From contig JAYVCD010000271.1 in assembly GCA_043750125.1 (NCBI GenBank), positions 1 through 16,525 on the forward strand: DNA of 16,525 nucleotides, in the 5' to 3' direction. Each line of letters starts with the position of its first letter. Within the stretch, counting starts at the first letter, position 1. Origin of the DNA: Archangiaceae bacterium (GTDB lineage Bacteria > Myxococcota > Myxococcia > Myxococcales > Myxococcaceae). Positions 8,342 to 16,012 of this stretch are shown here, in pieces. Made by a program: the position numbers and the translations under genes. A model generated the notes under the pieces. The model was not told the DNA's origin, did no database searches, and saw only the letters and a list, made by a program, of their open reading frames with translations.

Positions 8342-8351
8342 CCGCGCTCAC

Positions 8352-8423
8352 GGCGGCATAGCCAAGTGGTAAGGCAAGGGTCTGCAAAACCCTCATTCCC
8401 CGGTTCGAATCCGGGTGCCGCCT
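8352..8423 (+). tRNA. tRNA-Cys (anticodon GCA)
   Basis: Acceptor stem GGCGGCA/TGCCGCC, D arm GCC-AAGTGGTAA-GGC, anticodon arm AGGGT-CTGCAAA-ACCCT (GCA at 8384-8386), T arm CCCGG-TTCGAAT-CCGGG, discriminator U73. CCA is not encoded. Confidence 0.98.
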
Positions 8424-8466
8424 TCGCTTCAACCTGCGTGCTTCATCAGCCGGCCCGCTCGAGCCG

Positions 8467-10164
8467 ATGACCCCGACCCTGAAGCTCCTTGCCGCATTGT
8501 TGTTTCTTGCTTCCTGCGCTTCGGCGCCGGTGGCGAAGTCTTCGCGCCCTGCCCCGCGCCCCGCATCGGCAGCCGAGGTGATTGCCGCGGCGGTGGATCT
8601 TCCTGCCCCTCCTGAGCCGAGCAGCCGGCGGGTCGACTTCAAGAGCGGGAACCCGGTGCTCCCGGTGCGGTTGATGGAAAACGCGACCAGCGTCAGCTTT
8701 TCGGCCCGGGGCCGATTGAAGCTCAGGCTGGCCGGGAAACCTGAAAAGACGATCGACACCGCGCCCGGCTCGTCCTGGACCGTGAGAGTGCGGCAATCGA
8801 CTGCTGCCGTGGTGGTGGCGGCGATCCAGGTCGCGGAATTCACGTTCAGCGACAAGGCCGGACTTGCTGCTTCTACGGCCGAGCTCGAAGCACAGGGGCT
8901 GAAGGTCTCTTCCCGCGTCCTGGGCGGGGTGTACGGGATCGCGGGGAAGGTGATCGACAACCGCCGCTACCTGCTGATGATCGACGAGCCGCCGAGATCG
9001 GTCGAGCAGGCCCAAACCCGCCAGGCCGAGCTGCTGCAGCAAGCCGGTCTTCGCACCACCCTGCTCGAAGATCTTCAGGTCGCGCCGACCGCGATTTTGG
9101 AAGTCGTCGATGCCGATGGCGCGTCGGTGGGGCTGGCTCAAGATCGCATCGTCGCCGAGCCCCTCGAAGGCTCTACCCTCGAGGTTCGCAAGGTCGAGTA
9201 CGGGGTGGGCTACGACAACCACGCGTTCGAAGATCGCAGCTACCGCGGCTCGCTGCAGCTGTCGGCCGACCGCGGAGGAAAGATCGCCGCCACCAACCTC
9301 ATCGGCCTCGAGGATCTGCTCAAGGGGCTGGTGCCGTCGGAAATCTTTGCTCGCGCCCACCCCGAAGCGCTCAAGGCCCAGGCGATCACCGCACGCGGAG
9401 AGGTGCTGGCGAAGATTGGGCTCAAGCACCTGGCCGACCCCTACCTGCTGTGCACCGAGCAGCACTGCGCGGTCTATCGCGGCGTCTCAGGCGAGGCAGC
9501 CAGCACCAACGCGGCGGTCGATGCGACGCGCGGCGAGGCGCTGTTCGACGAAGGCGGCAAGCTGGTCGATTCGGTCTACAGCGCAGTGTGCGGAGGCCAC
9601 ACCGAGAACAACGAAGTGGTGTGGGGCGGCGTGCCCAACCCTTCACTGCGCGGCCGACCCGACACCCTTCCCGGCTTCAAAGCCCGGGGCAGTCCGAGCG
9701 CACTGACCGATTTTCTCACCGTCGACGGCCCGAATGCCTGTCGACTGTCGAGCTTTGCCCAGCTGGCGAAGTACCGCTGGGAGAAGCGCTTCACCGCCCA
9801 GGAGCTCGATGAGAAGACCGCGGCCCTGAAGCTCGGCGCGATCTTCACCCTGACCGTGGTCGAGCGCGGGGTCTCGGGCCGGGCGCGGCTGCTCAACATC
9901 TCGGGCGAAAATGGGGCGACCCAGATTCGCGGCGAGCTCAACATTCGCCGGCTGTTCGGAATGTTGAACAGCGCGATGTTCGAAGTGCGCCTGGAGAAAG
10001 ACGCGAAGGGCCGGCCCGCCACCTGGATCTTCACGGGTGGGGGTTGGGGGCACGGGGTAGGCATGTGTCAGACAGGAGCGATCGGCCGCGCCGAAGCGGG
10101 CCAGAGCTACAAAGAGATCCTCGCCCATTATTACAACGGCGCAATCGTTGCTCCCATCTACTGA
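8467..10164 (+). CDS. SpoIID/LytB domain lipoprotein (peptidoglycan lytic transglycosylase family)
   Basis: Lipobox LASC. SpoIID motifs RSYRGSL, NLIGLEDLLKGLVPSEI (catalytic Glu), EALKAQAITAR, AAVDATRGE, YSAVCGGHTE, GGGWGHGVGMCQTGA and SYKEILAHYY. Confidence 0.92.
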   Translation: MTPTLKLLAALLFLASCASAPVAKSSRPAPRPASAAEVIAAAVDLPAPPEPSSRRVDFKSGNPVLPVRLMENATSVSFSARGRLKLRLAGKPEKTIDTAPGSSWTVRVRQSTAAVVVAAIQVAEFTFSDKAGLAASTAELEAQGLKVSSRVLGGVYGIAGKVIDNRRYLLMIDEPPRSVEQAQTRQAELLQQAGLRTTLLEDLQVAPTAILEVVDADGASVGLAQDRIVAEPLEGSTLEVRKVEYGVGYDNHAFEDRSYRGSLQLSADRGGKIAATNLIGLEDLLKGLVPSEIFARAHPEALKAQAITARGEVLAKIGLKHLADPYLLCTEQHCAVYRGVSGEAASTNAAVDATRGEALFDEGGKLVDSVYSAVCGGHTENNEVVWGGVPNPSLRGRPDTLPGFKARGSPSALTDFLTVDGPNACRLSSFAQLAKYRWEKRFTAQELDEKTAALKLGAIFTLTVVERGVSGRARLLNISGENGATQIRGELNIRRLFGMLNSAMFEVRLEKDAKGRPATWIFTGGGWGHGVGMCQTGAIGRAEAGQSYKEILAHYYNGAIVAPIY

Positions 10165-10220
10165 ACATACATGCGGGTCTGGGGAATGATCCTCGACGCC
10201 ACGGGCGTTAAAGTAGAGAC

Positions 10221-11465
10221 GTGCCGCTTATTCCCCTCACACCTCCCGATCGCCTTCGCTCAGTCAAGCGCGGGGCCCTCGCGGCAGTGTTGGCGGTGGT
10301 CGGGCACGCCTGGTTCATTTCGCTGTTGCTGTTCTTGTCGCTGCTGAAGCTCAACGTTCCCGAGCTGCCCAAGCGCAAGCCCGCGCCGCGACCGGTGGTG
10401 ATGCGCGGAATCTCTTCTCAACAGTGGGGCGCCAATCGCGGCGAGCCGCTGCCCAACACGGCTCCCAATCAGCCCACGGCCCACCGGGATCAGGCCCGAC
10501 CCGAGAAGAAAAAAGAGAAGGCTCCGGATCAAACTCCTCCCGGACAGGTGGTCGACGTGCCGCGGGGCAACGACAAGGTGGACCCGGCAGCCAAGTACCT
10601 GGCCGAGTCGAACAACGCGCTGAAGAAAGAGAGCAAGGCGAAGAACCAGACCGCGTTTTACCGAAACGCGGCCCCCAACCGCACCTCGCCCAATCCTCAG
10701 GAAGGAAAAGGAACCGACGCGGTCGAGAAGGCTCAGATCGCCGGGAACAACGGCAACGGTGACGACGATCGCCCGGTAAAGGAAAAGGCAGAAAAGCAAA
10801 AAGCGATTATGGAAGTGCCCACCCAGGAAGCGCACAGCCAGGTGGCGATGCGCGAGAAAAAAGAAGGCCCGGGCGCCGAGATCAACAACCGCAGTGAGAC
10901 CGAGGGAGTGCAAGGCAACTCGACCCGGCTGCGGCTTCGGCCCGGCACCGAGGGCGCGGAAGGCGACTCGGTCGGGAAGGCAGGCTTGCCGGGAGTCTCG
11001 AACCTGCTCCCGTCGCCGGCGTTGCTCGACAAGATCTCAGGCGCCGCCGCCAACGATCACCTCAAAGACGTCGAAGAAGGCGAAGGCACCTACCTCAATA
11101 CCAAGGAATGGAAGTACGCCAGCTTCTTCAACCGGGTGAAGCAGTCGGTGGGGATGCACTGGAACCCGTCCGAGCCGCTGCGCACCCGCGACCCGACCGG
11201 AAACATCTACGCCGGCCGCGACCGCTACACGGTGCTCGCGGTGACGCTGAACGAACGCGGCAACGTGAAAGAGATCTTCGTCGAAAAGAGCAGCGGCCTC
11301 GAGTTCCTCGACCTCGAAGCGATCAAGTCCTTCGAACGCGCTCAGCCCTTCCCCAACCCTCCGCCCGGGCTGGTGAAGGACGACGCGGCGGTGAAGTTCA
11401 GCTTCGGCTTCTTCCTCGAAATGAGCGGCACGCCCAAGATGCGGCTCTTTCGCCAGACGAACTGA
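10221..11465 (+). CDS. TonB/TolA-family energy transducer-like protein (TonB C-terminal domain)
   Basis: N-terminal TM helix with a His (AVLAVVGHAWFISLLLFL), a long Pro/Lys/Glu-rich disordered linker, and a C-terminal domain YASFFNRVKQSV...VTLNERGNVKEIFVEKSSGLEFLDLEAIKSFERAQPFPNPP. Confidence 0.85.
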   Translation: MPLIPLTPPDRLRSVKRGALAAVLAVVGHAWFISLLLFLSLLKLNVPELPKRKPAPRPVVMRGISSQQWGANRGEPLPNTAPNQPTAHRDQARPEKKKEKAPDQTPPGQVVDVPRGNDKVDPAAKYLAESNNALKKESKAKNQTAFYRNAAPNRTSPNPQEGKGTDAVEKAQIAGNNGNGDDDRPVKEKAEKQKAIMEVPTQEAHSQVAMREKKEGPGAEINNRSETEGVQGNSTRLRLRPGTEGAEGDSVGKAGLPGVSNLLPSPALLDKISGAAANDHLKDVEEGEGTYLNTKEWKYASFFNRVKQSVGMHWNPSEPLRTRDPTGNIYAGRDRYTVLAVTLNERGNVKEIFVEKSSGLEFLDLEAIKSFERAQPFPNPPPGLVKDDAAVKFSFGFFLEMSGTPKMRLFRQTN

Positions 11466-11478
11466 AAAACGCTGCTCT

Positions 11479-13293
11479 TCAGTCTTTCGGGGCGCCGGCA
11501 GGAATGCGCACCTCGAACGTCGTCCCCTTCCCCGGCTTGCTCTTGCAGACCACGGTGCCCCCGTGCTCCTCGGAAATCGTCTTCACGATCGCCAGCCCCA
11601 GCCCGGTGCCGTTCTTCTTGCGCGCGGTGACGAACGACCCGAACAGCTTGTCGGCGATCTCGGGAGGAATCCCGGGCCCATTGTCCGAGAAGCGCATCAC
11701 CAGCTCTTCTTCTTCGCGAGCGACCGAGAAGGTGAACCGGCCTCCCTTGGGCATCGCCTCGAGCGCGTTGCGGGCCAGGTTGTAGACGACGCGCTTGAGC
11801 TTGTTCTCATCGAAGCGCGCGGTGCCGGTGTAGTCGGCCTGGACCTTGAGCTCGACCTTGGTCGCCCTGAATTCCTGCTCGAGCTGTTCCTGCACTTCTT
11901 TGATGAACTGCTGCATGTAGACCCGCCGCAGCAGCACGCTGCGCTCGCCCTTGGCGAAGGCGAGCGTTTCCCGGGTCATCGCATCGAGGTGCTCGAGCTG
12001 GCCCAGGATGATCTGGGCCGCGATCTGGCGTTCTTTCAAATCACTCTCGTCGGCCATCAGCTCGGCGTAACCGGCAATCACCGTCATCGGCGTGCGCACG
12101 TCGTGCAGCACTCCCGACAGCATCTGGCCGATCGCCGCCATCCGCCCCTTTCGTTCGTCCTCTTCCCGCAGCCGCCGCAAAGTGATCGCCCGACCGGCCT
12201 GGCCCGCCAGCAGGGTCGCCAGCCGCTCGTCACCGTGATCAAAGCCGCCCTTCTTGTTGAGCAGCTCGAGCGCTCCGATGATCTTTCCATCGGCGGAGAT
12301 CGGTACGCACAACAACGCCCCAATGGTGACGCCCAGTCGTCGGGCAATCGACTTGTCGTAGTGGGGCGAATCGGCCGCATCGAGCACCCGAATCGCTTCC
12401 CCCGTCTCGGCGACGTGGCCCGCGATGCCCTGCCCGGCCTTGAGCGACATCGCGACCAGGGCCTCACTCTTCTCGCCCGTAGCCATTCGAAAGTAGAGCG
12501 CGTCTTTCTCTTCTTCCATCAGCAAGATGCTGCCCGCGCCCGCTTCGACGACGGCGATTGCCTTGTTGAGAATGCGCTCGAGCAGGTCTTCTTGCGCCTG
12601 GGCCTGCGACACCGCGCGCTCGACTTCGTAGAGCACGTCGAGGTCGCGCACCGCGCCGGCGAGATCGTCGCTGGCCTGGGTGAGCTTCTCGTTCTTCGAT
12701 CGCAGCTGCTCGACCAGCAGCACGTTGTCGAGCACCGCGGCGATCTGACTGGCCACCCCTTCCACCAACGCGCGATCTTCGTGGCTGAACGCGTTGACCT
12801 TCCGGTGAAGCACTTCGACCACGCCCAGAATCCGGCCGCTCACGTGCCGCAGCGGAGCGGCGATCATCGACCGGGTGCGAAACCCCGACTGGCGATCGAT
12901 TTCGGGGTTGAAGCGAATGTCGGCGTACGCATCGGCCAGCATCAGGCTCTTCCCCGACTGGACGACATGCCCTGCGATGCCCGCGTTGACCGGAATGCGA
13001 ATCTCTTTGAGCGTCGAGCCGCGCAGCACCCGCGACCACAGCTGGCGGGTCTCTTCGTCGACCATGAACAGGGTGGAGGCTTCGGCCCCGAGCAGCGCGG
13101 TGAGGCGATCCATCACCAGCCGCAGCAGGTCATCTACGTCGCGGGCAGCCGAGATCTGGGTCCCGATGTCGAGCACCGCAGTGAACCGCTCGGCCTGGCG
13201 AATCACCGCTTGCTCGAGCTCGTTGAGCTTCTCAGAAAGGCCTGTCACCAACCCACTGGGTGACTCGCGGGACTCGCCCCGAATGACTTGCAT
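11479..13293 (-). CDS. Cytoplasmic sensor histidine kinase with two GAF domains
   Basis: AGGAGG RBS upstream of the ATG. Two GAF repeats (GIAGHV...DAYADIRFNPEIDRQSGFRTRSMIAAPL; GIAGHVAETG...LLCVPI...IIGALELLNKKGGF). H-box LHDVRTPM, N-box YNLARNA, G1 DNGPGI, G2 GTGLGL. No TM or receiver domain. Confidence 0.93.
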   Translation of the reverse strand: MQVIRGESRESPSGLVTGLSEKLNELEQAVIRQAERFTAVLDIGTQISAARDVDDLLRLVMDRLTALLGAEASTLFMVDEETRQLWSRVLRGSTLKEIRIPVNAGIAGHVVQSGKSLMLADAYADIRFNPEIDRQSGFRTRSMIAAPLRHVSGRILGVVEVLHRKVNAFSHEDRALVEGVASQIAAVLDNVLLVEQLRSKNEKLTQASDDLAGAVRDLDVLYEVERAVSQAQAQEDLLERILNKAIAVVEAGAGSILLMEEEKDALYFRMATGEKSEALVAMSLKAGQGIAGHVAETGEAIRVLDAADSPHYDKSIARRLGVTIGALLCVPISADGKIIGALELLNKKGGFDHGDERLATLLAGQAGRAITLRRLREEDERKGRMAAIGQMLSGVLHDVRTPMTVIAGYAELMADESDLKERQIAAQIILGQLEHLDAMTRETLAFAKGERSVLLRRVYMQQFIKEVQEQLEQEFRATKVELKVQADYTGTARFDENKLKRVVYNLARNALEAMPKGGRFTFSVAREEEELVMRFSDNGPGIPPEIADKLFGSFVTARKKNGTGLGLAIVKTISEEHGGTVVCKSKPGKGTTFEVRIPAGAPKD

Positions 13294-13326
13294 CCGTGGC
13301 CTCCTAGCCTGAATTCAGCCCGCGCG

Positions 13327-16002
13327 TCAGTGAGCCAGTGCCCAGGAAGCCCCCGAGCCGACATCGACCACCAGCGGCACTCGAAGCTCAGCGGCGCCCT
13401 GCATCACTTCCTTCGCCAGGGCCTGGGTCGCCTCGACCTCCCCGAAAGGGCACTCGAACAACAGCTCGTCGTGCACCTGGAGCAACATTCGAGCGCTCAG
13501 GCCGCGCGCTTCGATCATACCGTCGACCTTCAGCATCGCCCGCTTGAGCAGATCGGCCGCGGTGCCCTGAATGGGCATGTTGATCGCAGCGCGTTCGGCG
13601 GTCATCGCGATGTTCCGGTTCTTGCTGACGATGTCGGGCATGTACCGCCGCCTTCCAAAAATCGTCTCGACGTAACCCTGCTTCTTCGCCTGATCGATGG
13701 TGCCATCGATGTACCCGCGAATGCCGGGGAAGCGCTCGAAGTACCGCGCGATGATCGACCGGGCTTCGTCGGCAGGAATCCGCAGTCGCAAGGACAGCCC
13801 TTGCGCTGCCAGCCCGTAGGCAATGCCGTAGTTGATCATCTTCGCGGTGCGGCGCTGTAGGTCGGTCACGTCGGCGGGCTCGACCGAAAAAACCTCGGCG
13901 GCGGTGCGCCGGTGGACGTCGACTTCGCTGTGGAAGGCGGCCACCAACGAAGGGTCTTGCGAGACATGGGCGAGGATGCGCAGCTCGATCTGGCTGTAGT
14001 CGGCGGACACCAGCATCCACCCGGGCTCGGCGATGAAGGCCCGACGAATCGATCGCCCCAGCTCGGTGCGAATCGGAATGTTCTGCAGGTTGGGGTCGGA
14101 CGATGTGAGCCGACCGGTGGCGGTCGAGGCCTGCTGAAACGTGGTGCGGATTCTGCCATCGGCGGCGATCTGCCTGGGCAGGGTATCGAGGTAGGTGCTC
14201 TTGAGCTTGCTCGCGTTGCGGTACTCGATGATCGCCTGAGGCAGCGGGTGTTGCTCGGCGAGCTTCTCGAGCACTTCGTGGTCTGTCGAAGGCCCGGTGC
14301 GGGTGCGCTTTAGCACGGGCAGCTTCAGCTCTTCGTACAGCACCTGCGCCAGCTGCTGAGGGCTGCCGACGTTGAACTCTTTGCCGGCGATGCGCACCAC
14401 GTCGGCGTAGAGGCTCTTCACCATTCCTTCGACCTGCACCGAGATTTCCGAGAGGGCAGACGGGTCGATCATCACTCCGGCCCGTTCCATTTTTTCCAAC
14501 ACCCGCATCAGGGGCAGCTCGAGATCGCGCGCAAACCCGGCCAGACCGACCCCTTCCGCCTCGGTCCACACCTCTTTGCGCAGCCGCAGCACCGCGTCGG
14601 CCGCCGCTCCGTGGATGTACTCGGGAGCCCCTTCGACCGGCAGCTCGACCCGCAACCGCTCGCGGGCGAGATCCAGCAGGGCGTGTTCCTTGCGTGAAGG
14701 GTTGAGCAGGTACGAGACCAGCTCTACGTCGTCGACCTGGCTTAAGGAAATTCCCACCGAGTGCATCAGGTGGAGCAGCTCTTTCCCGTCGTGCGCGACG
14801 CAGGTCACCCCCGGGCGGGCGAGCACCGGGGCCAGCTGCCGCTTCAGTTCCGCAGCGCCGATCGCCACGACATCGAGGTACCAACAGGCCTCGGGCGTCT
14901 TCACCCCCAGGCCGAGCAGGGTGGCCGAGTGGGCCGCTCCTTCGAAGAAGGGTGACAGACCCACCGCGTCCACCTGGGCCAGAGCCTGTGCGACGAGGGC
15001 CAGCTGATCGACCCCAGTCACCACCGTCACGTCGTGCACCAGTGGAGTGGCAGGCGCCGCGGGCATTTCGGCGATCAGTCGGTAGAACTCGAGCTCGGTG
15101 AAGAGGGCGCGCGCTTCGCCCTGCAGAATCTCGCCGCGCTTCAGCGATTCGAGCGGCACCGGCAGGTCGAGATCTGCTCGAAAGCAGACGAGGTCGTAGG
15201 CCATGCGCAGCTGATCGGCGTTGGCGACAAGCGCATCGCGGATCTTAGGTCGCACCACCTCGGGCAGCCGGGTCAGCAGCGTCTGAACTGTTCCAAATTG
15301 GTTGATCAGCTCGACGGCGGTCTTCGGCCCGATGCCGGGCACTTTTGGAATGTTGTCGATCGCATCGCCGACCAGCGCCAGGTAGTCGCGCATCTGCGAG
15401 GGCTTCACCCCGTACCGTTCGACCGCATACGCCTCGTCGAGGATCCGATCTTTCATCGGGTCGTACAGCTCGACGTCTTCGGCAGCGAGCTGGAGGAAGT
15501 CTTTGTCCGAGGTAATCACCAGCGATCGGTAGCCTTCGCCGCGTGCCCGCTTGACCAGGGTGGCGATCACATCATCGGCTTCCCAGCCGTCGAACTCGAT
15601 GATCGGCAACGCCAGCACGGCGGCCACCTTGCGAATCAAGTCGACCTGGCTGAAGAGATCGGGCGGCGGGTCGGCGCGGGTCGCCTTGTAGTTGGGGTCG
15701 ATCGCCAACCGGCCCTTGCGGCTGTTCTTGTCGAAGCACAGTGCGACGTAGGCCGGCTGTCGCTCGCGCAACAGCTTGAGCAGCATGCGGGTGAAGCCCA
15801 GCACCGCGTGGGTCCCGACTCCGCGAGACGTGGTGAGCCCCGGGAGCGCATGGTAGGCGCGAAAAATGAAACCCGAGGCGTCGATCAGAGTGAGGGTGGG
15901 AGGCCCCGAGGGAACAGCCGGGACGGACAGCGGGGCACCCTTTTTTCCCTGCTTGGACTGCGGTTCGTGACCGAACAGATCACCCTGGCTCGTACTGCTC
16001 AT
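13327..16002 (-). CDS. polA: DNA polymerase I
   Basis: 5'-nuclease motifs LIDASGFIFRAYHAL, GWEADDVIATL, TSDKDFLQL and GDAIDNIPKVPGIGPKTA. Polymerase motifs TATGRLTSSDPNLQNIP, ADYSQIELRILAH (A), RRTAKMINYGIAYG (B), AINMPIQGTAAD and LLQVHDELLFE (C). Confidence 0.99.
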   Translation of the reverse strand: MSSTSQGDLFGHEPQSKQGKKGAPLSVPAVPSGPPTLTLIDASGFIFRAYHALPGLTTSRGVGTHAVLGFTRMLLKLLRERQPAYVALCFDKNSRKGRLAIDPNYKATRADPPPDLFSQVDLIRKVAAVLALPIIEFDGWEADDVIATLVKRARGEGYRSLVITSDKDFLQLAAEDVELYDPMKDRILDEAYAVERYGVKPSQMRDYLALVGDAIDNIPKVPGIGPKTAVELINQFGTVQTLLTRLPEVVRPKIRDALVANADQLRMAYDLVCFRADLDLPVPLESLKRGEILQGEARALFTELEFYRLIAEMPAAPATPLVHDVTVVTGVDQLALVAQALAQVDAVGLSPFFEGAAHSATLLGLGVKTPEACWYLDVVAIGAAELKRQLAPVLARPGVTCVAHDGKELLHLMHSVGISLSQVDDVELVSYLLNPSRKEHALLDLARERLRVELPVEGAPEYIHGAAADAVLRLRKEVWTEAEGVGLAGFARDLELPLMRVLEKMERAGVMIDPSALSEISVQVEGMVKSLYADVVRIAGKEFNVGSPQQLAQVLYEELKLPVLKRTRTGPSTDHEVLEKLAEQHPLPQAIIEYRNASKLKSTYLDTLPRQIAADGRIRTTFQQASTATGRLTSSDPNLQNIPIRTELGRSIRRAFIAEPGWMLVSADYSQIELRILAHVSQDPSLVAAFHSEVDVHRRTAAEVFSVEPADVTDLQRRTAKMINYGIAYGLAAQGLSLRLRIPADEARSIIARYFERFPGIRGYIDGTIDQAKKQGYVETIFGRRRYMPDIVSKNRNIAMTAERAAINMPIQGTAADLLKRAMLKVDGMIEARGLSARMLLQVHDELLFECPFGEVEATQALAKEVMQGAAELRVPLVVDVGSGASWALAH

Positions 16003-16012
16003 GCCCCATGGC

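Noticed and set aside
8352-8423. Functional link between tRNA-Cys and the nearby Cys-rich proteins
   Set aside because: They are in separate transcription units several kb apart, tRNAs act in trans, and Cys-rich exported proteins are common in this kind of genome.
8352-8466. tRNA-Cys as an integration site for a genomic island
   Set aside because: I saw no integrase, no duplicated tRNA 3' end and no obvious composition shift; the flanking genes look like core genes.
7905-8960. 351-aa minus-strand ORF spanning the tRNA
   Set aside because: It reads through the antisense of tRNA-Cys (RRHPDSNRGMRVLQTLALPLGYAA is a typical tRNA-antisense translation) and overlaps two real genes.
11461-11483. 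Possible terminator between the convergent TonB-like and kinase genes (ACTGAA...TTCAGT)
   Set aside because: The stem is only 6 bp, AT-rich and formed largely by the two stop codons, with a large loop; too weak to call.
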